Shown one piece after another: positions 1 to 12,522 of a stretch of 64,000 nt of DNA. Below the pieces are notes generated by a model that saw only the letters and a program-made list of their open reading frames with translations, made no database searches and had not been told where the DNA came from. The translations under genes were made by a program, and so were the position numbers. Source of the stretch: Eledone cirrhosa (Eukaryota). Numbering within the stretch: the first letter of the stretch is position 1; every line of letters starts with the position of its first letter. The stretch lies in assembly GCA_964016885.1 (NCBI GenBank), contig OZ024740.1, positions 47,244,001-47,308,000 on the forward strand, written 5' to 3'.

Positions 1-32
1 TGTGTATGTGTGTGTGTATGTGTGTATGTATA

Positions 33-101
<69 letters not shown>

Positions 102-112
102 ATGTGTATATA

Positions 113-174
<62 letters not shown>

Positions 175-177
<3 letters not shown>

Positions 178-718
178 TTGCGAGGTTTTTGATATGAAAT
201 CGTGTGTCGAAACAAATATTGTTATACTTGGGGAGGGTCATATTTGTGTAATATTGCCAGAATTAATAACAGAACACACTCACTGTTGGGTTAGTTTTCG
301 CTTTTCGCTTCTGTGTCTTTTATATCGGTTAATTTAATTTATTCGGTCCTCAATGTTGCCATTGACTGACCAACGGTCAAAAATACAGATACAATATAAA
401 CACAAACACATATATATAGTTTATCGAAGTTCTTTGATGGCGTAGAAAATACAATGCAACGGAAGGAAACAATAGCACCACTGACGATGTTGCAGATGTG
501 CAACGAAAGAACTTTGATAAACTATATATATATGTTTGTGTCTATATTGTATCTGTATTTTTGACCGTTGGTCAGTCAATGGCAACATTGAGGACCGAAT
601 AAATTAAATTAACCGATATAAAAGACACAGAAGCGAAAAGCGAAAACCAAGCAAACAGTGAGTGTGTTCTGTTATTAATTCTGGCAATATTACACAAATA
701 TGACCCTCCCCAAGTATA
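175..718 (+). mobile_element. Non-coding PLE/retrozyme-like element with ~210-bp inverted arms (~223-435 / ~506-718) and an HHR at the loop
   Basis: The arms are near-perfect reverse complements, flanked by (TA)n. Its terminal sequence is shared with the element at 50735-51172. Confidence 0.75.
477..518 (+). ncRNA. Minimal type I hammerhead ribozyme motif
   Basis: CTGACGA-T-GTTGCA(GATG)TGCAAC-GAAA-GAACTT; stem II is strong, stem I is weak. Confidence 0.65.
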
Positions 719-720
719 TA

Positions 721-785
<65 letters not shown>

Positions 786-1008
786 AATTAAGTTAAAGAT
801 GTACATCCATATATGTATACTGAATTACTAGTATGTATATGAATACACACACGTATACATATGTAGATGTACCAAGTTTTTTTCACTGGTCACTTTACTG
901 TGAGTGGCCAGCTATTCTGTATGTAAACACACAGACAAACCGGTTTTTAGAGTCATACTGGTTTTTGAGGAAACACCTTTCCTCTATTCTCCAGAAAGCC
1001 AGACAAGG

Positions 1009-1053
1009 AATATTGAACTAGTTTCGTTGTTGTTATAACTCATCAGCAATATT
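1009..1053 (-). ncRNA. Hammerhead ribozyme, inverted unit
   Basis: Reverse complement reads AATATTG-CTGATGA-GTTA..CAAC-GAAA-CTAGTT-CAATATT, with one stem II mismatch. Confidence 0.75.
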
Positions 1054-1377
1054 TACCTATCTTCCGGCCTCTCTAGAGAATCGTAAAAGCACATATCGTT
1101 ATATGCTTTTTCTATGATAATTAGTAGTGGGCAGACTAATTTGCATAGAGTGTGAGTAAGTACCGGTTCAACGGAGACGATAAAAACAAATAACGAACCG
1201 AAATTAAATTTCGTTTCGTTTGTAACTCACTTTTGTATGACTGACGCTTAAACAATTAAGTTAAAGATGTACATCCATATATGTATACTGAAATACTAGT
1301 ATGTATATGAATACACACACGTATACATATGTAGATGTACCAAGTTACGATTCTCTAGAGAGGCCGGAAGATAGGTA

Positions 1378-1422
1378 AATATTGCTGATGAGTTGTAACA
1401 ACAACGAAACTAGTTCAATATT
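1378..1422 (+). ncRNA. Minimal type I hammerhead ribozyme
   Basis: Stem I AATATTG/CAATATT, core CTGATGA, stem II GTTG/CAAC, GAAA, palindromic AACTAGTT in place of stem III. Confidence 0.88.
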
Positions 1423-1845
1423 CCTTGTCTGGCTTTCTGGAGAATAGAGGAAAGGTGTTTCCTCAAAAACCAGTATAACTCTAAAAACCGGTTTGTCTGT
1501 GTGTTTACATACAGAATAGCTGGCCACTCACAGTAAAGTGACCAGTGAAAAAAACTTGGTACATCTACATATGTATACGTGTGTGTATTCATATACATAC
1601 TAGTATTTCAGTATACATATATGGATGTACATCTTTAACTTAATTGTTTAAGCGTCAGTCATACAAAAGTGAGTTACAAACGAAACGAAATTTAATTTCG
1701 GTTCGTTATTTGTTTTTATCGTCTCCGTTGAACCGGTACTTACTCACACTCTATGCAAATTAGTCTGCCCACTACTAATTATCATAGAAAAAGCATATAA
1801 CGATATGTGCTTTTACGATTCTCTAGAGAGGCCGGAAGATAGGTA

Positions 1846-1890
1846 AATATTGCTGATGAGTTGTAACAACAACGAAATTAGTTCAATATT
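1846..1890 (+). ncRNA. Minimal type I hammerhead ribozyme (unit 2)
   Basis: As 1378-1422, with a C>T change after GAAA. Confidence 0.8.
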
Positions 1891-2313
1891 CCTTGTCTGG
1901 CTTTCTGGAGAATAGAGGAAAGGTGTTTCCTCAAAAACCAGTATGACTCTAAAAACCGGTTTGTCTGTGTGTTTACATACAGAATAGCTGGCCACTCACA
2001 GTAAAGTGACCAGTGAAAAAAACTTGGTACATCTACATATGTATACGTGTGTGTATTCATATACATACTAGTATTTCAGTATACATATATGGATGTACAT
2101 CTTTAACTTAATTGTTTAAGCGTCAGTCATACAAAAGTGAGTTACAAACGAAACGAAATTTAATTTCGGTTCGTTATTTGTTTTTATCGTCTCCGTTGAA
2201 CCGGTACTTACTCACACTCTATGCAAATTAGTCTGCCCACTACTAATTATCATAGAAAAAGCATATAACGATATGTGCTTTTACGATTCTCTAGAGAGGC
2301 CGGAAGATAGGTA

Positions 2314-2358
2314 AATATTGCTGATGAGTTGTAACAACAACGAAACTAGTTCAATATT
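2314..2358 (+). ncRNA. Minimal type I hammerhead ribozyme (unit 3)
   Basis: Identical to 1378-1422. Confidence 0.88.
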
Positions 2359-2648
2359 CCTTGTCTGGCTTTCTGAAGAATAGAGGAAAGGTGTTTCCTC
2401 AAAAACCAGTATGACTCTAAAAACCGGTTTGTCTGTGTGTTTACATACAGAATAGCTGGCCACTCACAGTAAAGTGACCAGTGAAAAAAACTTGGTACAT
2501 CTACATATGTATACGTGTGTGTATTCATATACATACTAGTATTTCAGTATACATATATGGATGTACATCTTTAACTTAATTGTTTAAGCGTCAGTCATAC
2601 AAAAGTGAGTTACAAACGAAACGAAATTTAATTACGGTTCGTTATTTG

Positions 2649-3130
<482 letters not shown>

Positions 3131-4706
3131 GCTTAGAGATTAGACTCAATGGGGTCATTTACAATCATTTCAGCTCTAAGAATCGCTTCTGAGCAGAATA
3201 AGTTAATATTTGATGAACATTTACATGTTTTAGTTGCAATTGACTAATAAAATCGCTAGAATGAAATATCTTAAGTCAACAACATAAAGTTTGCCTGTAC
3301 GATCTAAAAAATAATAAATCAATACTCACAGACTCATATGGGCAAAAAGCCTTGGTACCTAGACACGTTTAAAATTCAAAATACAAACTTTTTCCGCAGA
3401 TCGGTCAAACCTTCAAACTTCAAACATGTTTCACAAAGGATGGTATAATAGTGAAATAATTAATTAATTAGTAGTGAGCTAATCAACTTTTCTGTGTTTA
3501 TCAATAGGTACCCAGATAAAATTAAATAACTTCACCTCAGAAAGATATCTAAGGTCTGGTTATCGTAGCGAAAATACACGAGGTTTTGCACACGGCTTAT
3601 TCCAGTCCTCTAACGTCCCACACACAGTGCTAGAAATAACAGCCGTTTATATGGGATTACAAATTCAGCTCACCTGGGGGAGCAGTAATATATAGCTTAG
3701 AGATTAGACTCAATGGGGTCATTTACAATCATTTCAGCTCTAAGAATCGCTTCTGAGCAGAATAAATTAATATTTGATGAACATTTACATGTTTTAGTTG
3801 CAATTGACTAATAAAATCGCTAGAATGAAATATCTTAATTCAACAACATAGAGTTTGCCTGTACAATCTAAAAAATAATAAATCAATACTCACAGACTCA
3901 TATGGGCAAAAAGCTTTGGTACCTAGACACGTTTAAAATTCAAAATACAAACTTTTTCCACAGATCGGTCAGACCTTCAAACTTAAAACATGTTTCACAA
4001 AGGATGGTATAATAGTGAAATAATTAATTAATTAGTAGTGAGTTAATCAATTTTTCTGTGTTTATCAATAGGTACCCAGATAAAATTAAATAACTTCACC
4101 TCAGAAAGATCTGGTTAGCGTAGCTCTAAGAATCGCTTCTGAGCAGAATAAATTAATATTTGATGAACATTTACATGTTTTAGTTGCAATTGACTAATAA
4201 AATCGCTAGAATGAAATATCTTAAGTCAACAACATAAAGTTTGCCTGTACGATCTAAAAAATAATAAATCAATACTCACAGACTCATATGGGCAAAAAGC
4301 CTTGGTACCTAGACACGTTTAAAATTCAAAATACAAGCTTTTTCCGCAGATCAGTCAGACCTTCAAACTTCAAACATGTTTCACAAAGGATGGTATAATA
4401 GTGAAATAATTAATTAGTAGTGAGTTAATCAATTTTTCTGTGTTTATCAATAGGTACCCAGATAAAATTAAATAACTTCACCTCAGAAAGATATCTAAGG
4501 TCTGGTTAGCGTAGCGAAAATACACGAGGTTTTGCACACGGCTTATTCCAGTCCTCTAACGTCCCACACACAGTGCTAGAAATAACAGCCTTTATATGGG
4601 ATTACAAATTCAGCTCACCTGGGGGAGCAGTAATATATAGCTTAGAGATTAGACTCAATGAGGTCATTTACAATCATTTCAGCTCTAAGAATCGCTTCTG
4701 AGCAGA
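3131..4706. repeat. 564-bp tandem array (~2.7 units, one internally truncated)
   Basis: GCTTAGAGATTAGACTCAATG recurs at 3131, 3695 and 4640; there is an internal jump at ~4123; flanked by (TA)n. Confidence 0.9.
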
Positions 4707-4727
4707 TATATATATATATATGTATGT

Positions 4728-6023
4728 ATGTATAGAAACCACCCACCTCATAAAACTAACGTTATAGTAAGCCATACCTATAACCGATCACGCGGCGACC
4801 TCGTTAAAGTCGGATATAATAGAATAGATAACCGCACCAAAGATCACGTCCCCGGCGACGGTGAATACTGTAGATTACTCAAACTATTCCCGTATTACAA
4901 AACCAACAAAGGCGACGGCCTATTACCAACGCCTTCCAACCAACATCTTCGTGTACATAAACATGAAAGAGGTAGAAAGAGTGCACCCGAGCAAAAAGTG
5001 AAAGGGGCACCGAACGGGCGACAGCGCATTAACACACATAAGAGCGATCACTTAGATGGAACCACCCGGAGCAAAAGTACAAGGACACGTAATCGCCACC
5101 GTAAAGTCCTATGGTTCCACCCCCCCTACTCTCGAAGTGTGGCCTCCAACATACCCCGGATATTCTTCGAAGCCTTAGAGAAGAACTTCCCACCCAACCA
5201 TAGGTATAGAAAAATTTTTAATAGGAACAATATAAAAATATCCTTCTCTACTTCTCCTAACCTAGCAGACATCATAGGAACAACGAACCACAGTAAGATC
5301 AGCAAGACACAGCACCTCGACACAGACGCACCTACACCTGACAATAACTATATCGGCCTTAACAACTCCCTGACAGCATCCAATAGTGTTGGCAACGGCA
5401 TCCGCAGACGCAACCAGAATGACCGCGAAGTGACTGGGGAACATGCAGAACATGACGTGCGGAATAACAATCGCACCATCCCGCGTGCTGTGGGTTGTAA
5501 TTGTGCTAACGACAGCTGCGGTAGCGTAGGTAACAACGTAGGCAGCAACAATGATAGCCTTACCGTGGGAAATAGACGGAACCGCGACAGAAATTGCAAC
5601 TGCCGCGACAGAGGACGCTGCCCCCTTAGAGGATACTGCTTGACTGATAGGGTTATATATAGATGCACTATTACTAGCCACAATAGCGTTAAACATTATA
5701 TAGGGGCCACCTCCGGCCCGTTCAAAATTAGGTTTCGAACACATCTCCACTCTTTCACAAATAGAAAACTAAGGCACTCCACTTCGCTCGCAGACTACAT
5801 CACATCACTAAAGGACTTAAACATCAGCTTCTCCACGCACTGGGAGATTGTCGGCAGGGCTGCACCGTACAACTTCAAGAGGAAATGCGATCTTTGCCTC
5901 ATGGAGCTCTACCACATCATAACTGCACCCCACGAGCTAATCAACAGCAGAACTGAAACAGCGATAAGTTGTACACATCGCTTAAAAATATCCTTCTTTA
6001 GATGGGTTAAGAATGAAGAGTGA
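4728..6023 (+). CDS. 5'-truncated Penelope-like element ORF (Naiad-type): RT thumb plus Zn-finger/GIY-YIG endonuclease
   Basis: Motifs WFHPPYS, IFNRNNIKISFS, CNC..CPL.G.C, VIY...YIG, FK.R..H..SF, CDLCL.E and N.R.E..C.H; the frame is open; the RT catalytic core is absent. Confidence 0.9.
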   Translation: MYRNHPPHKTNVIVSHTYNRSRGDLVKVGYNRIDNRTKDHVPGDGEYCRLLKLFPYYKTNKGDGLLPTPSNQHLRVHKHERGRKSAPEQKVKGAPNGRQRINTHKSDHLDGTTRSKSTRTRNRHRKVLWFHPPYSRSVASNIPRIFFEALEKNFPPNHRYRKIFNRNNIKISFSTSPNLADIIGTTNHSKISKTQHLDTDAPTPDNNYIGLNNSLTASNSVGNGIRRRNQNDREVTGEHAEHDVRNNNRTIPRAVGCNCANDSCGSVGNNVGSNNDSLTVGNRRNRDRNCNCRDRGRCPLRGYCLTDRVIYRCTITSHNSVKHYIGATSGPFKIRFRTHLHSFTNRKLRHSTSLADYITSLKDLNISFSTHWEIVGRAAPYNFKRKCDLCLMELYHIITAPHELINSRTETAISCTHRLKISFFRWVKNEE

Positions 6024-6577
6024 AATAGTACACTGGATCTCCCTGCAACAAGTCTTAACACCCCGGCGGGCAGGCGCAGAAAAATAACACCCAGAAAACA
6101 ATCCTTGCATACCAGTCCCAGCCTCAGACAAACGGATGCGGCAAAAAATATATATATATATATATATATATATCCGGGAAAGACTGCCCTAACACCGGCC
6201 AGAGTTACCTCCCTTGACCTGCTGCAAAATCAAAACAAGATATTTTTGCGAGCAATGAATCTTGATGTAGATTTAACCCCCAAAACTCTTTCCGAACTAT
6301 ATAAGGAACACTTGTGATTATTTATGCCCTTGAGAAGCCCAACTGGGCGAAACGTACGTAGGTGATATTTTAAATAAACATGTTTTAACGGTCTATTCTC
6401 CGATTTTTTACTTTCCCACGTGCTTACGCTCTGCTAACTCTCTAGCCCACTAAATATTAACACTTCGAATATTTAATACTGCCAGCATTAGTATCGAGCA
6501 CCTTTGGCATACGCTACTTGGCAAATAACTATATGTATCACCTATCCCTTCTTTTTCTCTCTTTCTCGATACGTAAA

Positions 6578-6580
<3 letters not shown>
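6024..6580 (+). mobile_element. 3' pLTR of the Penelope-like element, with a variant HHR at ~6323-6368
   Basis: CTTGAGA-AGCCC(AACT)GGGC-GAAA-CGTACG-TA; ends at (TA)n. A partly inverted piece of this pLTR recurs at ~18484-18575. Confidence 0.75.
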
Positions 6581-6655
<75 letters not shown>

Positions 6656-6702
6656 ATATATGTATATCTATATATCTATATATATATATATATATATATA
6701 CA

Positions 6703-7109
6703 CAGTTCAAGAGTAACCAATCTTAAAGAGAGAAATGGAGATAGGAAAGGAGATAGGAGAGATTGGTGAATCAGTTAAAAGCTAAAGCGTAAAGACATGT
6801 AGTCAATGTGGAACATTACATTTATGTAACATTCTTTCCTTATTTTAATTTATATTCCTTTTGAAGTTCCGATGAGCTGCTCTAGTTCTACCTATGTTAA
6901 TTATTTTTAACTGAACCAGATCAATAATGATATATAATCATTTGATCCAGAAATATTATATGGAGTACTGAAACAATTGTAAACGGACATTATTATTATT
7001 AATATTCTTCTTCTTCTTCTCTACATTCCTTATATCAAACTAAAATATGTTGAGAATCTTTTAATAATGTCTTCGTTGTGAAATCTGTCGTCTTGTTTTG
7101 CTTAACTAA

Positions 7110-7113
<4 letters not shown>
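6703..7113 (+). mobile_element. Non-coding TA-flanked element with an extended-stem-II HHR-like motif (6866-6984)
   Basis: GTT-CCGATGA-GC-TGCTCTA...TGGAGTA-CT-GAAA-CAATTG-TA-AAC. Confidence 0.55.
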
Positions 7114-7170
<57 letters not shown>

Positions 7171-7174
<4 letters not shown>

Positions 7175-7600
7175 CCGCCTCTTCATTGCTGTAGTGGAGT
7201 CTGTGCTGCTGTATGGGTCTGAGACTTGGACACTGACCAAGAGACTCACTCAGATGGTGGATGGGTGCTACACGAGAATGCTGAGGATGGCTCTGAACAT
7301 TAATCAGTATACACTGAGGATGAAAAACTCAGAGCTGTATGGGAGGATCCCAAAAGTCAGCTCAAAAGTGACACAGAGGAGAATGAGGTTGGCTGGACAT
7401 GCTCACCGACATCCAGAATTGACATTGCACTCAGTGCTCCTTTGGGAGCCCCTACATGGACACACTAGAAGAGGAAGACCAAGGTTAACATATGTTGATG
7501 CCCTAAGGACAGACACTGGTCTGTTGGAGATGCAGGATATGGCAGCGATAATGAGGGACAGAGACCGCTGGAGAGAACTCGTCCATGGATCTCGGGAATT
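7171..7600 (+). mobile_element. RTE-group LINE 3' fragment
   Basis: [37 protein letters not shown] is the typical C-terminal motif series. Confidence 0.85.
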
Positions 7601-7639
7601 TTATATATATGTGTGTATATATATGTATATATATGTATA

Positions 7640-7679
<40 letters not shown>

Positions 7680-7740
7680 TATATATATATGTATATATAT
7701 ATATATTTATATATATATATAGAGAGAGAGATAAATATAT

Positions 7741-7853
7741 GCAGCTGGAATCTTATTTAAAAATCTATATATATATTTATTTGGTTCCTTTACCGGTTTC
7801 GCAGTTCTTCTGCTTTTCAAAAGTAGAGTTGAGATGGAGGGTCTGTGGTTTTT

Positions 7854-7856
<3 letters not shown>
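7741..7856 (-). mobile_element. Short ~120-bp PLE-type terminal element with a variant HHR; copies at 34829-34960 (+) and 38694-38830 (+)
   Basis: Three near-identical copies in microsatellites; CTT-TTGAAAA-GCAG(AAGAA)CTGC-GAAA-CCGG-TA-AAG. Confidence 0.7.
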
Positions 7857-7936
<80 letters not shown>

Positions 7937-8078
7937 GTATATATGTGTATATGTATATATGTGTATATGTGTGTGTATATATATATATATGTGTGTGTGT
8001 GTATGTATGTATATATGTATGTATGTGTATGTGTATATGTGTATATATATGTGTGTATGGCGGGTCTGTGGTTTTTCT

Positions 8079-8115
<37 letters not shown>

Positions 8116-8118
8116 GGG

Positions 8119-8189
<71 letters not shown>

Positions 8190-8199
8190 ATGTGAATGT

Positions 8200-8770
8200 G
8201 TCTGTCGACACCTGGAATATAGGTTAAGAGAAATTTGAAGATAATGATATGATAGGCACCCAATATTTTGAACTGGTTTATAGAATTCTCTTGGCCTTTG
8301 TCACTCTAAGTAGAACTTTATAGAATTAGCTCTTAAAGAATTTCCCTTTTCTTTAAATCCATCAACCATGACCGACCCCCAACGATCTTATAGAGACCTG
8401 AAATATAGGCATTGTTAGCTTAAGAGAAACTTAAAAATAAGGAGTGGTACCTCATTCTGAACTTGTTTATAGAATTCTTTCTGCCTTTGTCACTCTAAAT
8501 ATAAATTATAGCCTTAAAGAATTAGCTTTTAATGATTTCCCTTTTCTTTCAACCAATGACCTCTACACATCCCGCTCCCTACCCTCTCCTACCACCTGAA
8601 AAGATATAAATACCACAACATTTATTTTTGGAAAGCCAGATTCCTGATGATTTCTAAAGCATGAAACAGTTCTAGTCCGGTAGAATCTCATCTATATTAA
8701 ACTTTTATACTCTGCTATGTATTGAGTACCTTACTTACTGTGGTTACCTCCGATTCAACCCGGAATAACG
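8200..8770 (+). mobile_element. Non-coding repeat with an internal duplication and an HHR-like motif at 8638-8688; related copy at 49245-49490
   Basis: AGATTC-CTGATGA..GAAAC-AGTTCTA-GTC..GAATCT; clear similarity to 49245-49490. Confidence 0.6.
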
Positions 8771-9686
8771 TATATATATATATATACATAAGCGCACGCA
8801 CGTACACACACACACATATATATATATATACATAATCACATATACACATCTATATATATATATGTTTGTGTGTGTGTTTGTGTGTGAGTGTGTGAGTGTG
8901 TGTGTGTGCGTGTGTACAAGTGTACAAAGTAAACAGAAATATCAAAGCAAACGACACAGTACATTGAAGAAATATATTAGTTTAACGTATAGATAATACA
9001 TACGTATATATAAGTATATATAAACATAACATTTTGATATATAAATGAATGGGCACAAAGTATTCGATGTTATTTAGACCGATGTAAATATGTGTAATTA
9101 TACATTGAAACATTTTTGAGCTCCATACAATTTCCATTCAAAACATGTAAATGTAATATGCTGTGAACGTCAAAAACGGACTTCGTTTCTGAGTAAAAAA
9201 AACAATTACTCTTTGTCTTTAATTCTAAAATTTGTCTTAAATTCTATGAGTTGGCTACTTTCTCTCAAGTTTATCTTCCTATTATATTGTTGAAGTTTAT
9301 TAATATTTTATTAGGCCAGAAACTACATCCTATTTAACATGACACTGACATACACATCATTTTTATAATTGATATTCGAAACCCTTATTCAAAATTGACA
9401 GTTTTACGTAATATGTGGAATTGTTTGCCAAACAGTCAACCAATAAGAAGAGAGAAAGAGAAAGGTAGAGAAAGCACAATGATAGTTTGTCTTGTTAGCG
9501 ATATAGACTACCCTTATTATTCTTAAGAAAGGAGATAGTAAGCAGCAATATATTTACCCATTGTTAAAACACAATGAAAATACTGTGGACTAGGTCACTA
9601 AATATTACATTAGAAAGTTCAACTTAAAGTGAAAGGTCTGACCCACTTAGCAGGAAGCCCAGTCATTTCCGAAATACGATTAAAAA

Positions 9687-9717
<31 letters not shown>

Positions 9718-9759
9718 TGTATGTATGTATGTATGTATGTATGTATGTATGTATGTATG

Positions 9760-10911
9760 TTTGTCTACCTGGGAAGCACTGTCAATCGATACAGCAACCT
9801 TGACAGTGAAATCTCACTTAGGATTGGGAAAGCAAGTGATGCTTTCGGAAAGCTAGAAAGGCGACTCTGGGGTCGGCGAGACATATGCAGGAGGACAAAG
9901 GTAAAGGTGTACAGGGCATGTGTGCTCTCTTGTCTTCTTTATGCCTGCGAGACCTGGGTCACATATCGACACCACCTTAGGCAATTGGAGCGTTTCCATC
10001 AGATGTGTCTCAGACGGATCCATGGCGTTCACTGGAGGGACCACATCAGTGATGTCGAGATTTTGGAAAGCTCTATGTGTGACAGTATATAAGCTCTTGT
10101 GCTTAAGCAACGACTCCGTTGGAGTGGTCACCTTGCCAGGATGAAGGATTCTAGAATACCAAAACAACTCTTTTATAGAGAGTTGGTTAAAGGAAAACGA
10201 CCGCCACATAAACCAAAAAAGAGGTATAGGGATTCCTTGAAAGCCTCTCTGAAAGACGCTAACATCTCTGCTGATACATGGGAGGATATTGCTGCTGATC
10301 GTAATAAATGGAGAAAGACTGTATATGAGGGAAAAGTTGCCTTTGAGGCATCTCGAATCGCATACGAGACAGTAAAGCGGGATGTGAGGAAGGGCATTGC
10401 AGTTGCACTTCCAGACGGCGAGGGTCCTCCTATGGTGCTGACATGCAGTGTATGTGCGAGACTCTGCCTAAGCAAAGCTGGACTCGAAAGTCATCTTCGC
10501 AGTCATAAAGTAAGACCAGTGGTTGACTACCAGGCTGCTGTTGGAGATGCTACTCATCATGCTTGCCAAACATGTGGTAGAGAATGTAAATCAGCAGAAG
10601 GGCTCAAGCGACATGCAAAAGTACACGAACTCCAACCACAGCCGACTATTCCCAGTGAATGTTTTGGTTGCCGACTCTGTGCAAGACATTTTAGATCATT
10701 GGCTGGGCTAAAAAGCCACATTCGATCGCAGCGCTGTTAGTTGCTATCGTGTGTGAGTGTAGATATGCTTATGTGTGTGCGTGTGTGTGTATATATATAT
10801 GTATATGTATATTATTATTGTTGTTGTCGTTATTATTATTGTTGTTATTATTATTATTATATATTGTTATTAATGTATGTGTGTGTGAGTGTGTGTGTGT
10901 GTGTATATATG

Positions 10912-10946
<35 letters not shown>

Positions 10947-10991
10947 CTTTTTTTTTTTGGCCATACTCGATAACGAGGGGACAGCCATCAT
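9760..10991 (+). mobile_element. RTE (BovB-like) LINE 3' portion with three C-terminal C2H2-type fingers; one in-frame stop at ~10090
   Basis: [47 protein letters not shown]; the 3' terminus TGGCCATACTCGATAACGAGGG is followed by (TATG)n. Confidence 0.9.
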
Positions 10992-11064
10992 GTATGTATC
11001 TATGTATGTATATATGTATGTATGTATATATGTATGTATGTATATATGTATGTATGTATGTATG

Positions 11065-12522
11065 TTCTTCTGGTTTTATAATTTCACAAAGTTTTACCAA
11101 TAGAGAGAGAGAGTCGGTTTCTAATATAGACACAAGACTCTCTCATTGGAATTTACACAACATCAATTAGGTAGATATGTTTGTATGCATGCATGTGTAG
11201 ATATGGATGTTATTGTATGTGTGGATGTGTATGTTTTGAGTTGTATGTGTGCATGTGTATATGCTTTGTATCTGTACATGTGTATATGCAGTTATTAGAT
11301 GCAACATTTTTGAATGTTTAAGATATTTTTACTGTTCCATTAATGGATTGTACTTGTAATTTCCTAACTAGTTGTGTTCTTTCTGTTCCTGTGAAGCCTA
11401 GCTTCTCAAGATTTGTATTGAGGCAGTTACTAACATATCCCAGTGCCCCAATAATCACAGGCATAAATCTGAAGGTGTAATCAGGGTGGAGTATCTGCAG
11501 TTTCTCATCAGTTCTGCATAAATATTCTCCTTTGCACTAATCTTTGATATTATATTGGCATCTGCTGGGCAGCTAATTTCCACTACTGTGCATGTTTTCT
11601 TCTCCCTGTCCCATATAATAATATCTGGTCTGTTATGCCTGCATTTTATTGGGGTTTTTACTGGAACATTCCACCAGTACTCTTTCATATTATGTACATG
11701 GATGTCTTCCACATTGTTGTAGCTTTTAATGTGTTTATTATCGGGGCTATCTTTTTTACGAACTGCATTGTACAGTGTTTTGGCCACTATATCATGCCTC
11801 ATAGGTAGATAGTACCGCGATGACATATTTGGACAGCTGCTGATGACATGGGTGATATCCTCGATGTTAGTTCTGCAGAGTCTGCACTTGTTATCACATT
11901 TAGGTGTTTTGCCTGCATCCCTATCTCTTTTGTGAATCAGGTATTTCGTGCTACTCTCCTGTTCTTGGATTGCAAAAGCGTATCCTTCAAAGTGGGAGCC
12001 AATATAGCGGTTCTTGGTCCAAGATAGACTACTTTCCTTATCTATATTACTCTCACTCTGGAGATTCCTGGCAACATATCCATGCATGATTTTTTGCTGA
12101 TAGTCATGCAGCTTTTCATCCATGGATTCACTGCGATACTGCCGGGCGACATCCCTGGGTGTGAGTTTTTGATTATCACACAGGGAATATCTCTCAAGGA
12201 GTTCCTTCCCAACTCTCATGATATTATCCGTTTCATGCAGATAGACTTGCTCGAGAAGCGGGCTCCTACGCTTTGAGGTTCGTAGATGTTGTCGGAGAGA
12301 TATGATGCGACATTCAAATGTTGTCTGGACTGATGTTAGGCCTCTGCCTCCCTGCTTACGTTTCAAGTAAAGGCGGTCTATGTCACTGTTGATGTGGAAG
12401 TTTCCGGTGTTGTTCAGTATTTTTCGAGTTCCAACATCAACTGCTCGGATTTCGTCTATCGCCCAATTGAGTATTCTAAACGTTGGTGTTAGGACAGGCA
12501 CAGCAAACATATTGTGAGCCAC
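11065..12522 (-). mobile_element. R4/Dong-like non-LTR retrotransposon 3' portion (CCHC plus restriction-like endonuclease)
   Basis: RLYL.RK.GGRGL, CRLC..E...H..S.C, RHD, NRPDII...VEI.CP; (CATA)n tail. Confidence 0.9.

Noticed and set aside
833-2534. Repeated 60-62 aa ORFs in the 468-bp unit
   Set aside because: No recognisable motif; they recur only because the DNA unit is repeated.
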